Shown here: piece after piece, positions 23,847 through 35,500 of the stretch
Layout of the letters: the number at the start of each line of letters is the position of its first letter
Position numbering within the stretch: the stretch's first letter is position 1
Assembly: GCA_000320545.1 (NCBI GenBank)
Contig: ADNK01000875.1
Coordinates: forward strand, 124,001 to 188,000
DNA: 64,000 bases
Source: Bigelowiella natans CCMP2755
Lineage: Eukaryota; Protista; Cercozoa
Reading direction: 5' to 3'
Program-made: the position numbers and the translations under genes
The notes under the pieces: model-generated
The model's database searches: none
What the model was told of the DNA's origin: nothing
What the model saw: the letters and a program-made list of their open reading frames with translations, nothing else

Positions 23847-25000
23847 CAATGCAGCGGCTACATGCCAGCATGCAGCGCCATGTGATGTTGAATCGCTGTT
23901 GGTCTCCGCTCTCCGCTGTGTGTGTGACAGACGTGTTTCATGCAATCAAGTGCATGCGTGTTGTTTCGGTCTGCAATGTCGCACATTTCGCGCGCACCAA
24001 GCTAGCACAGCAATGTGTGCAGTTTCCTTTTCATCGCAATGAGTCAATCTTTTCGTTTCGTGTTGGAAGTTGGTTTGCCAATGGAACGGAATGCAGGGCA
24101 GATTGCGCTGTGGGCTGCCAACTTGCGGAGGAGGGGCAAGTGGCAGTTTGGATTCTGTGTTGATGACGACATGACGTTTCGTGCATGCTGCACAATGTCA
24201 AGATTCATCAAGGCGAAATTGCCTGAACAAGCATGTGCACCGGTAGCGCTGAACTGTGATGGGGGCGAAACAGCCCGATGACTTGTGAGAGGTTAGCTCT
24301 CATTGGTCAGCAGCCACTGCACGCATTGTCGCGGCAGTTTGTCGAAGTCGCACATCGCACTTCGGCTGCATTCTCAACTACGTGCATGTTGCTTGTCGCA
24401 GCCAATGAACGCACGCAGATTGCTCTGGCGTTGCTGATGCTGGTGCAAGCATGCACTGCGCGGTCTGGATGCAAAGCATTCCAACATTTCGTCGTAGCGC
24501 ATCACTCAATTGGCAGTGATCGAGCTGATTCCTCGCAAGCGGCGTTGCGATGTGTGTGGTGTGCAATGCTACTAGCTAGCTAGAATGGGCGGCAAGAAAG
24601 CAAATGATCCGCATCTTCGACAAGTCGACTTGATGGTGGCCCATCACATGTCATGGACCAGACACGCGTACGCCGTGCGCACCAGTGGGACAGGGCGTGC
24701 CGCAAGCTCACTAGTGCGTCCAGCCAGGCTCATTCCCAAGCTCTACACAAGCTCGCATCAAGCCAACTAGCCATGGCATCCATGCATGTACTAGTCGCGT
24801 GAAAATGTGATTGTGCGCTGCGCATGCTAGCATGGGCGGCTGATCTTGGGATCCTGTCTCCGATCCAGGTTAGTTTAGAAGAGTTTCATTTGCTTTGCTA
24901 ATCTTCCATGCATGCGAAAATCACGTGAAACCATTTTGCGATTAATCAATGACTGTGCACAATGATTCGCATCTTTTGCGAAAGCTAAACTTAGTCTTGA
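23847..25000. other. TpA-depleted degenerate island, right part (probable decayed repeat/TE)
   Basis: Hand count: 10 TpA in 23851-24600, all in CTA or TAG context; CpG abundant. Confidence 0.75.
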
Positions 25001-25092
25001 TAAACTAGTATAGTAGTCGTACCAGTTCATTATTTTTCATTTTATCACAGATATCGGAGAATTACGAACTTAAATAGTCTTGTTCTTGCTCC

Positions 25093-26739
25093 TTAAAAAG
25101 TGTCAGTACTTATTTTGGCTGGAGCCACTTCGACAATACCGGTGTCATTTTCATGTCCAAAATAAGGAAGGACTTGAACTTTGCTTCTTCTTTCTCTGCT
25201 ACTTCTTTCTTTTACAAGCGAGCTCCTCTTTGTAAACAATTTTTCGGTCGATGCAGCCAGAGTAACAGTATTTGCAACCTTGGCAGGATTGGACTTGTTT
25301 CTCGAGGTTGAAATCCTAGCACTAGAACTCTCTAGATCATCCTGGGCTTCAAATTTACGCTCATTCTCTTCTGGAAATGTAACCGGCGCAACTTGCACTC
25401 TAGATGACTGAAGACAATGGCATATAGATAAGTTATGAGTGCTATTTCACGGATTAGTACTTTCTCACCTTTGTGAACCATTTACCAAAGGTGGATCTTC
25501 CATTTTCGTCGTCGTGCGTATTCTTGCTCCTTGAGAAAAATCTTGCGCGTGCAGAATTTGGTCTTCTTTCAAACAGAGAGTCTTGCTTCGCTGGTACTGT
25601 CGTAGGTGATACAATGTTGCTCCCAGACGTATTTTCCAGAAACTGAATCGAGTTGGAGGAAGTCTGCCCATAATTTTTACTTTTTGCCTTCTAATTAAAT
25701 TAAGCGAATAATCTTACACATACATTCACAAAAAGAATAACATAAACGTTGATATAGAGGTATTGGACCTTCTTTTCCCGGCGTCTCTGGCGTTCTAGTT
25801 TCCTTTCAGCTTTAAGAGCTGCCTCGTCAACTTAAATAAAAAACGATAATTATTTGAATCTCATGTGTCAACAATAAAATATTGTTCTGGATACTTTCTT
25901 CATCATCTTCTTGTTCGGAAGGAGAAATTCTGGGCATGGCCTCAGAGATTTTTTTCTCATTGTGCGTGCGCGCACTCTGTGAAATACCGATACGCTAAAG
26001 GAAAATTGATATCACATTTCTTCAAATTGTGGTGCGAATATATAGGCTTTAGTTTCGATGAAACTTTACCGATGACTTTCGGGGACTAAGTAGACTGCCG
26101 AGACCCCTTAGCTGTGGCATAAATATTTTTTCAGATTATCTTTTTTTTTTAAGTAAAATAGTGGTGTGATGATATATTTTTGAAATGCAGCAACCGATGG
26201 AAGTTTCAGTTTGGAGGTGATGTTGCTTCTGTGTTTGGTATCTTCCTGAGAAGGATGACGGTTGCCCCTTGATGATTCCAAGGGTGCTTCTTCATCTTCG
26301 TTAAGCAGTGATCTTTCTTGCTCGCGAGCCTTCTCTTCCTTCTTGGCTAGCTTCTTTGCAAATTTCTGAAGTTCTTTCTTCTTCTTTCTCTTTACCTCGG
26401 CTTTATTCTTTGCTTCAGTCAGCCTTTTCTCAAGATTCTGATTTAGATAGAAAAAAATGTAGCTATATCTCAGGAGATTATTCTTTATAAGCTCACTGTA
26501 CAGGTGTGATATTCTCACGTGGCTGCTGTGCCAAACAAGTAAAAGGAGAAAAATACCTGTATTTCGATTTGAAGATCGTCGTCTTCCTTGGAGATGCGTT
26601 TCAGACGTTCATTCGCGAGGCTGTTCTCACTCAAGGCTGTTTAGAGGCACATCAGCTTTATTATCATGTGCTGTTACGCTACTTTCCAATTCTCACAAAT
26701 TTCCTCTTGATGCAATAAATACGAACATGTGTAAGCTGT

Positions 26740-26792
<53 letters not shown>

Positions 26793-26805
26793 CACACAAA
26801 CACAC

Positions 26806-26850
<45 letters not shown>

Positions 26851-27760
26851 AATGTGTTTATAGTTTACATGATACCTAAAGCAACAACACAGATGCAACT
26901 TTTGGTCCGTCCACAATTTCTAAATCTCTTCCCTTCCCCTCGCTCTCTCTCACTCTCACTCACTCTAACCTGATAAATCAATCAGATTTCCTCGCTCTCT
27001 CTCGCGCATCTCTTCATAGCGTCCGCCTTCCACACAATTATTCTTGCACAGTATTGCAACGCAGCACGTCACTGCGAGTCCCACTACTATGCATATTACT
27101 GTGAAAACAAAACCAACGGATTAGAAATAGGTACAAATAATTTGGATATGTCAATTACGGAGGACGAGGTTGAACATGTCCTAAAGCTCTTTCCTGAGAT
27201 TCTTTGAAAAGTAGGTCACCAGATGTAAATTGTTAAAGAAATCTGTGTTTGCAATTGAATGAAGGACCTTACCAAGCAGGACAGAACTGTGATTCACAAT
27301 CCCGGATTTGAACACGAGGATCCAAGCTATCACTATGGATTGTAGAAAATCATTAGCTCGAACACGGAATTCCGACTCTCAACCATCCTAAATGTATCAA
27401 CATTGTTTTCCTCTGTCTCCTATGCTCTCAATAGCTACCTCCTCCTGTGCAATGAACACCAACAGAATATTCACTGGTTGCCTTCACAGGCACGATCGTT
27501 CTCCTTGATGCTCGTTATCGGCAGTTACCAAAGATCAATAAATTGAACCCGATATTACTCTGCGACAATCATATATAATTGACGCAAACCGATGATTTAT
27601 CAAATCCGCTTGTCATGGCGATCATCCAAGTGAATCCTAAAAATATCATCATTTAATGACGCAAAAAGGTAATCAAGGACGTTTGCGACCAGGCAAAGGT
27701 ATTCTCTCGGTGCGCGGTTACAATGAAACGTCTTTCTTCTTTGCGAGATTGAAGGCGAAT
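25093..27760 (-). CDS. Hypothetical spliced protein with hydrophobic (TM-like) segments and a K/E/R-rich coiled-coil/low-complexity C-terminus
   Basis: Series of minus-strand open segments bounded by AG/GT, e.g. IAWILVFKSG..VVGLAVTCCVAILCK at about 27350-27040, EAKNKAEVKRKKKKELQKFAKKLAKKEEK at about 26400, and a last exon ending at stop 25093. No family recognised and the 5' end is unresolved. Confidence 0.45.
26741..26846. repeat. (CA)n/(TA)n compound microsatellite (intronic)
   Basis: Directly visible. Confidence 0.95.
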
Positions 27761-28332
27761 TCTGCAAAAGGACGATACGACAAGCTCGCAACAAGACAAC
27801 AACCCAGGGTCAACGCAGGCGTTATCTGATTTACTTTTAGATCTTTCTGAGCTTCCAAATAAATTAAGAATATTGTATAGTGAAATCCGATTACTTATTT
27901 AGTAGCGGTATTTGATTCAAATATCGATCAAATCGCATGATATTGCTGAATTCGTTATGCAAGAAGAGGGCTTGATTGTGTCCTATAGGAGGTAATTCAG
28001 AAGCAGGATACGCCTTGAACGCCATTGCATATTTATCTGAGACAAAATCAATAGATTGTCGTCTAGTGATAATATAAGCCTTTTTCCCCTGCGAGAGGTG
28101 TTTTGGTGGCCACGAAGAGATTGAAACCGGTCCCTCGGGCGTAATCCATTTATTTGGACCCTGATGGCGCTTGCCGCCTGCCCCTAAGGACCTGACTGGC
28201 CTTATTTTAGATTTTCTCCACTTTCCCTCCTCTCGTTGTATTTCGGGCAGGAGAGGGGGAGAGTCTTGTGCACACTCTATAGCACATAGATCACCAGCCA
28301 AAGAGAGCAAATCTAAAGGGGAATCAAGAGAG

Positions 28333-29441
28333 ATGCGTGCCATAGGCCGTTTACTCCGGATTGTGGTCCTCTTGGCTCTCTCTAGTTCCGCAAGAGGTTA
28401 TATTTGCTTATTTTATAATTTACTGTTCTCCCCCAGGATGGAAAAACTAAATTTGTATAATGTCCCACATTATCATCCCTACACGCCCATTGAAAATGAC
28501 TTTTGGCCCTTACTTTGTACTTCGAATGCCTTTGTGCAGCTGACTACTTCAAGATAAGTGGGAAAACAGCCTCGGGAACACCATACACACAAGGCTGTGC
28601 CAATCCAGGCACATCTGAAAATGCATGTAAATCGGCATGTAGCGCTAACCAGGTCCCAGCTGGTTGCTCTGCAAGCGGACCCTGCATGTTCTTCAGTTTT
28701 AGTAGCTCTACATTAACGTGCAAGTTATATACCGCCAATGAGCTAGGCACTTTAGTCACCGACTCTGCCTCCAATGTTTACGCGAAGCAAAGTAAGAGGA
28801 TAAATCATTTCCAAACATCGCCCTCTTTGATAACACTCTGCGTCTTTGGAGAGAATTTCTGCTCACTTTTGCTTCTCTTCCCACTTAAACAGCGTGTAAC
28901 CAGTGTGAGTTGACTACGGGAGTCGGTGAATGTCACACCGTTATCAAGTAATCCAGTGTACCTTTTCCTTGCGCTGCCGCTGTCAACTTAACGTAGTTGT
29001 TTCCCCTCTTGTTTTTCAGCGGCCTGTGCTACGACTTCGGGAGCACTAAAATAAAATGTAAATTGCGAGCCGGAGAATCATGTCCAGCGGTAACGATAAC
29101 ATCTTCACTAGTTAAACCTTTGCTTAACTTTTGACATTGATGGGAATTGAAAGGGTTATACCTGCGGATCATTCGGGGCCGATACCACATTTGATGTGGA
29201 CAAACAAAGCGCTGTCACTTGCAGTTACGAAACCAACGATCAACTCTAATATCCCTATCATATGATTAGAATCCGGTTTGCTAAAACAAGATGTGGTTGT
29301 GTATGTGCACAGATGATGGGTGCTATACAAACTTGAAGACGGAGGGAGCCTCCATTCCCAATTCGTATTCGGTAATTTGTAGCTACTCTGTTGAGCCGGA
29401 CAAATTTATTTACACACACACACACACACACACACGCAAAC

Positions 29442-29481
<40 letters not shown>

Positions 29482-29482
29482 A

Positions 29483-29519
<37 letters not shown>

Positions 29520-32500
29520 GCTGCCAATAGCTCCCTTCATAATCTTCTATTTCTTACTTGTAGCAAATTGCGACAACGTATGGTCTTACAAGTTCGACAA
29601 GTGCCATCACATCCCCTAGAAGCGGTATGTAAAAAGAAAAAAGAAAACGCAGACAAGAAAAACTAGGAGTTAATTTGTAACTAATAATCCTGGGATATTT
29701 TCACATTGAAATGAACCTGCAACTAAATTACCTATGTTCCTGCTTATATCCTTTAGTTCCTGGGGAACTTCAAGTTGCCACATCTTCGCAACTAGACTAC
29801 AATTTTCCAGAGAAGTCTAGCTGTGGATTCGTCGGCTTCAGCTACGGTTGTAAACCTATTAATTAAACTAGCTTTTGCATATTGGACATGTAAACTGTCA
29901 CCTTTGGTCTCGTACCCCTCTCGCTTATGTTTGCTCATGTTTTCTTTGCCTTTCTTAATATAATATAACTTTTAGGAGGAATGGGGAACGGAATACAAGC
30001 GAAGTTGAAGGTCAACGGTGTGACCGTATTCAATTTCGACCTGGCAGCAACTGGCTCCACCTTGCGCGCCTCATTGTGAGTTAACGCTTCTTTTCTCCTT
30101 ATATGATTCGATCTTGAAATTCGTTTCTTACATATTTGTTCATATCAGTGGTGGTTCATCGTTAAGTCAGAGCACGAATACTGCCACGGTAAGAATTAGA
30201 GGCCTGCTTGTGAAGTTTTGGGAATGCTGAATTTTCTTTCTCAGGAAAAAAAAGTTAAGAACGAAAACCTCGAAACTTCGTGAATTTATGTGTGGTTCGT
30301 TGTTGGGTGTAACTGTTATAGAATTCTGCTACCGGCGCTACGATTCAAAACTATATCGTGTGGTGCAATGGTGCATTCACGACGGTAGTTTTTGATGATA
30401 TCAAGCACACCATCAATGTGCCTTTCTCCACTACGATCAAAAGTAAGCCAACGTAGTAGATTCGCCTATGCTTTCTATTTGAGTGCATTGAATGCTGGTG
30501 AATGAATATTTGGTGGAAAATACCCCGATAATTATGAGAATACATTATGATATATTGGTGTGCCCCATCCCTCGATCGTTCCCATTTAGCTGTGACAAAA
30601 TTGGAGATAAGTACTGGCTCTACTGGAACACATATGTTCCAGAACTTCGTTATTCAGACCGGTAGAAGATAAAAAACACAACTTCATTCTTGGGCGTCTG
30701 AGAAAAATAATTAATAGAATACATAACACTCTCTCTGCTTTTTAAACGCGAACTCTTCCTCCTTGTCTTCTTCAGGTACGGGGTGCGTGAAGCCACCATT
30801 TCCAACAATAGCACCCTCTGCCACGTCGACTACTCCAACGACTTCGGCCCCAACGATCACTAGGTTGCCCAACTTTCACCACCAAGATTTAACTTCTATG
30901 TTTTAAATTTCCAATCTGGCCACTTCTGAGTGACTGGAGCTAGCTCTGTTGCATATTATTAGACAGAGAAGGTTTCTCCCTTTTAAGTCTTGGGGCATTT
31001 TTACACCACGAAAACTAGTAATTATCATTATTCGTTCTCCTCAGGTCTCCGCAGACAAAAGGTCCTACGCATCAGTGCTTGACTGTGGCGGATCTATCTA
31101 GAGTGATGAACAATAGATCACAAACATGGGAGACCGTCAAAGAACTCGGGTGAGACTACCATCTTTTCCATCTGGGTTTTCAAGTGTTCCCCGTTACAAT
31201 TTTATATGTGAGACAAAAATTCTGATGCCAAATATCTAATTCCCAAAATATTTTTCCAGCTTCGACGTGAACCCGCATCACTTTCGAAATGACTGGAGCT
31301 TTCGCTTCAACGGAGAACATACGATAGCACTGGAGGATAATTACCACCCAGCAACTGAGGATTTCCCCACTATGTCTCTTGACTTCGGCTCCGCGTACGA
31401 TTGTGGTTACGTGTCTTACATCCTGACGTCCACCCACACCGGACCCTACGTCCACAAAGTTGAGCTTAGGAACAAGGGAAAGCCAGTGGTTACTGTGGAT
31501 TTCTACGGTATCCACGAACTCCGTATGTCCGTCAACGGCGAGTTCCTCGGTGTAACGCAGCACTATAAAAACGTGAGCATGGCCGTCGTTTGGTGCGACA
31601 ATAAGTTCCTACGGCTTATGTACGACAATCAGGTCTACCACAAAGAGGTTCCTTTGAGCGCACAGATCGACTCATATGCCAACACGATCTCTACTGGCAT
31701 GGGTACTGGTTACAGAAACGACTTGAAGAACTTCAAGGCAGTTGTTGGTCCAAATTGCCACCTGCCGCACACTGCCTCCCCCACAGATGCTCCTAGATCC
31801 CTTTCCCCGACCAAGTACCCGACAAGGTCGCCAGTCACTGGCAACCCGACGACTTTGTCGCCTACTACTAGGATTCCTACAACCAGCAGGCCTCAAACGG
31901 GACAACCGACGTCCCTATCTCCGACGTCTTTAAGCCCGTCGACAGTATCACCGACCTTCACCGACGGACGGTGCGTGCAATTCCTAAACATGTCGCAGCT
32001 GAACGACCCGACGAAAAGCATCGCCACACTGGAAAGCCTAGGATGGCTGTTCGAGCCCCGAGACCTTAGGACCTCGGCTAACTTCTATCCCGATGGGGAG
32101 GGACAGTTCACACTTTTCGACAACTCCATCTACGGCTTTCCTGAAGCATACTGGATGTTCCCTGCGAACAGCACCTGTGGTCATATCCAGTACAACCTCA
32201 CCGTGAACCACCATGATGGGGTTGAACTTCATAAAGCCGAGCTTATGTTTGTCCACAATACCGTCGTCATGGTTGAGCTGCGAGGATTCGTGGAGCATAC
32301 GCTGGTCGTTAATGGTGTTACTATCGCCAGACCGCACAAGATCAAGAACCTCCAAATTATGTTGGTATGGTGTCAGGGCAAGTTTCTTCGTGTCGTGTAC
32401 GACGGTGTGCCTTACGAGTATCCGGTTGCGTTCCCTTACTTCGGAGAGATCAACGGTGTGCGTTTTTCGACTGGATCCGTCAAGAAGATGGAGTTCTCAA

Positions 32501-35500
32501 CCACCATCAAAGACCTTACCATCAAATCCGGAGGCAACTGTGACCTGCCTTACACTATTGCTCCGACCGAGAATCCAACCTCTGCCACACCGACAAGGAA
32601 CCCAACTACATCTCCAACGAGCTGCAGTCCAACGTCTCTGAGTCCAACGTCTCTGTCACCGACAAGTCTCCAACCCACCTCCCTTTCCCCAACTTCACTC
32701 TCTCCAACAAGTCTTTCACCAACAACTCTGAGCCCAACGTTCACGATGGGAAGATGTGTCACCTTCCTCAACTTCACTGCCTATCAGAACACCTCAGAGA
32801 CTTACAGGACAATGACCTATTTGGGCATGGACGTTTGGCCAATCATACTCAAGGATACCAAAAACTTTCGCTTTAAGAACCCAGCGTCGTTTGTAATCAA
32901 CGATGACGTAAACTATGCGTACCCTCTTGTCCAATTCGGCTTCCCGGCAAACTCGACCTGTGGTTACGTGTACTACGAGCTGACTGTCAGCGCGCACTCG
33001 GGAAAAGACAACCACAGAGTGAAGTTGCTGGGGGATGGCAAAGTCGTTTGGCAGTGGGAGCTCCATGGATATCCTTCTCCAGGTGAGATCAAGATGGACG
33101 GAGAAACCGTCGGGACTGCCGATGATATGCACTCTGTACCGGTATATCTTGTGTGGTGCCAGGGCTCTCTGCTCCGCCTCGTGTACAACGGTGTGGCTTA
33201 CCGCAGGACAACGGTCCTATCGAATCACATCTCTGAGATTCGCTTCGAGACTGGAACAGTAGGGCAGATCGGTTATACGAATGAAATCAAGAACTTGATG
33301 ATCCTCTCTGGTACGAGCTGTGTGCTGCCATTCACTCGGTCGCCGACTCACAGTCCACGTACGGTGAACCCGACGGATCTTCCAACGAGGAATCCAACCT
33401 CGCTAAGCCCGACGTCGCTGTCACCTGGAACGTTAACCCCTACCACTCTATCTCCTTCTTCCCAGAGCCCAACCTCGGTTTCGCCAACATCCCTTTCCCC
33501 ATCTACCAAGTCGCCTACATTCACAGATGGGAGGTGTGTACAGTTTCTGAACACCTCCACTGTGGAAGTAGCCGATGGCGTGCAGGGACTCAACGCAAAG
33601 GGGCTTAATGTGGAACCAAACCTTTATTACAAGGATAGTTTTTATCCTGTTTCTAAGGGTGCATGGGTGCTCAAAGATAACAACAAGGGCTATCGCCCCA
33701 GCGTGGGGTTTAACTTTCCGGCCAACTCCACATGCGGATTCATTCGGTACAACATCTCTATCACCCATGAGGCGTATGGCGCCCACTCGCACAGCATCCG
33801 CCTGTATTCGTGGGGCGGTGAGGAGTTGTTTGAATTCGATGTCTACGGAAATGGTGTGCCCGCGCAAGCCCGTGCCTACGAACGAGATGTGATCGGGACA
33901 ATTCACAGCAAGATCGGTTCCACAGTGTACGTTGTCTGGTGCCAAGGTAGGATCCTGCGTGTCGTTTGGAATGGTATTCCTTTCCACGTATCATATTCCT
34001 TGAGCAAGCCTATCGGCAAGATGGAGCTCTCGACAGGTTATGTCAACGAAGAAGGCTACCAAATTACGGTAACAGATCTGGAGATTCAATCCGGGACTTA
34101 CTGCCAGCTTCCTTACACGATCAGCCCGACTGAGGCACCCACTTCCCAAAGCCCGACGACTTCCCAACCCACGGTGAGCCCGACCTCGCACCCAACCACA
34201 CTGAGTCCTTCGACTATGTCGCCCTCGAGTTGTAGCCCTACATCGACCAGCCCAACCACGTTATCTCCATCGTCTTGTGCTCCGACATCAGCAGCGCCAA
34301 CGTTCACTCCCGGTCGGTGTGCAGAGTTGCGTAATTTTACGACTTTTGATGACCCCACGCATAGCTACTCGACAATGGCCACTCAGGGGATGAAAATCTC
34401 GCCTACCATGTTCTGGTATTCCAAAAACTTTCGGTTCACCAAAAAGGGGGCGTTCGAGATTACCGACGACCATCCAGAGGCCACCCCGCTTGTCTCGTAT
34501 GCGTTCCCGACAAACTCCACGTGTGGTTACATCTACTATAAGCTCACCGTCAAGGCCCACACCGGTTTTGCAAACCATAAGGCCTCTCTCTATGGTACTG
34601 GAGGCAAGCTGATGTGGACATGGGAGCTTTGGGGATACCCCAGCCCCGCAGAAATCAAGATCGATGGCACCTCACACGGTGCTGCCGATGATATGACTGA
34701 GGTTCCGGTGTACATGGTGTGGTGTCACCAAGGCTTCCTGCGCCTGGTATACAACGGAATCTCGTATGCTGCACCGAAGGGTTTCGATAGGCAGATAAAT
34801 GAGGTGCGGTTCAGTACTGGTAACGACCGAGGCATTGGGTACACGATTGAGATGAAGGATTTGTCTATATTCACGGGCACAAGTTGCGTGCTACCTTACA
34901 CGCTTACTCCTACACGTAGTCCAATCTCAATATCCCCGACAGTCCTTCCTACGGTAATCCCGACAACGCTTTCACCTACGACATGCTCACCGTCGACGAT
35001 GGGACCGTCTTCGGTGGGTCCTACGACTCTGAGCCCCACAACTCTCTCCCCGACATCTCTCTCGCCCTCAACGTGGCATCCAACCTACACGGATACTCGC
35101 TGTGTGGCTTTCTTCAATCTGTCAGACCTGAACGACCCCTCGCAATCGTACTCCACCCTCAAGGCAAGGGGAATTGACGTTTCTCCGTACATGTTCAAGG
35201 TTCCTGAGTATTTCTACCCAAGTGGTCAAGGCTCTTTTGTAATGAAAGACTACAGCCGCGACGCCGCTCCCACAGCGCGCGTGGAGATTACAGAGAACTC
35301 AACCTGTGGTTACGTTCAGTACGATCTTACTGTACTAAAGGCTCCAGGGATCTACATACATAAGGTGCAGATTAAGTCAGAGGATGGAGACGTGATTGCT
35401 ACGATGACCCTGGAGGGCGTCGGGACGTTCACGGTTCAAGTTAATGGAAAGCGTATGGGAACCTCGAAGTCGATTAATAGGGTTCCTGTGCATCTTGTAT

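Noticed and set aside
24150-24172. FCVDDD as a mutated reverse-transcriptase YVDD
   Set aside because: No other RT motifs are recognisable around it in any frame.
23851-24600. CpG methylation decay or fungal RIP as the cause of the TG/CA excess
   Set aside because: CpG is abundant (e.g. TCGCGCGC) and TpA is depleted, the opposite of both signatures.
27891-28343. 150-aa minus-strand ORF
   Set aside because: Overlaps the start and promoter of the giant gene, with no motif or clear splice support.
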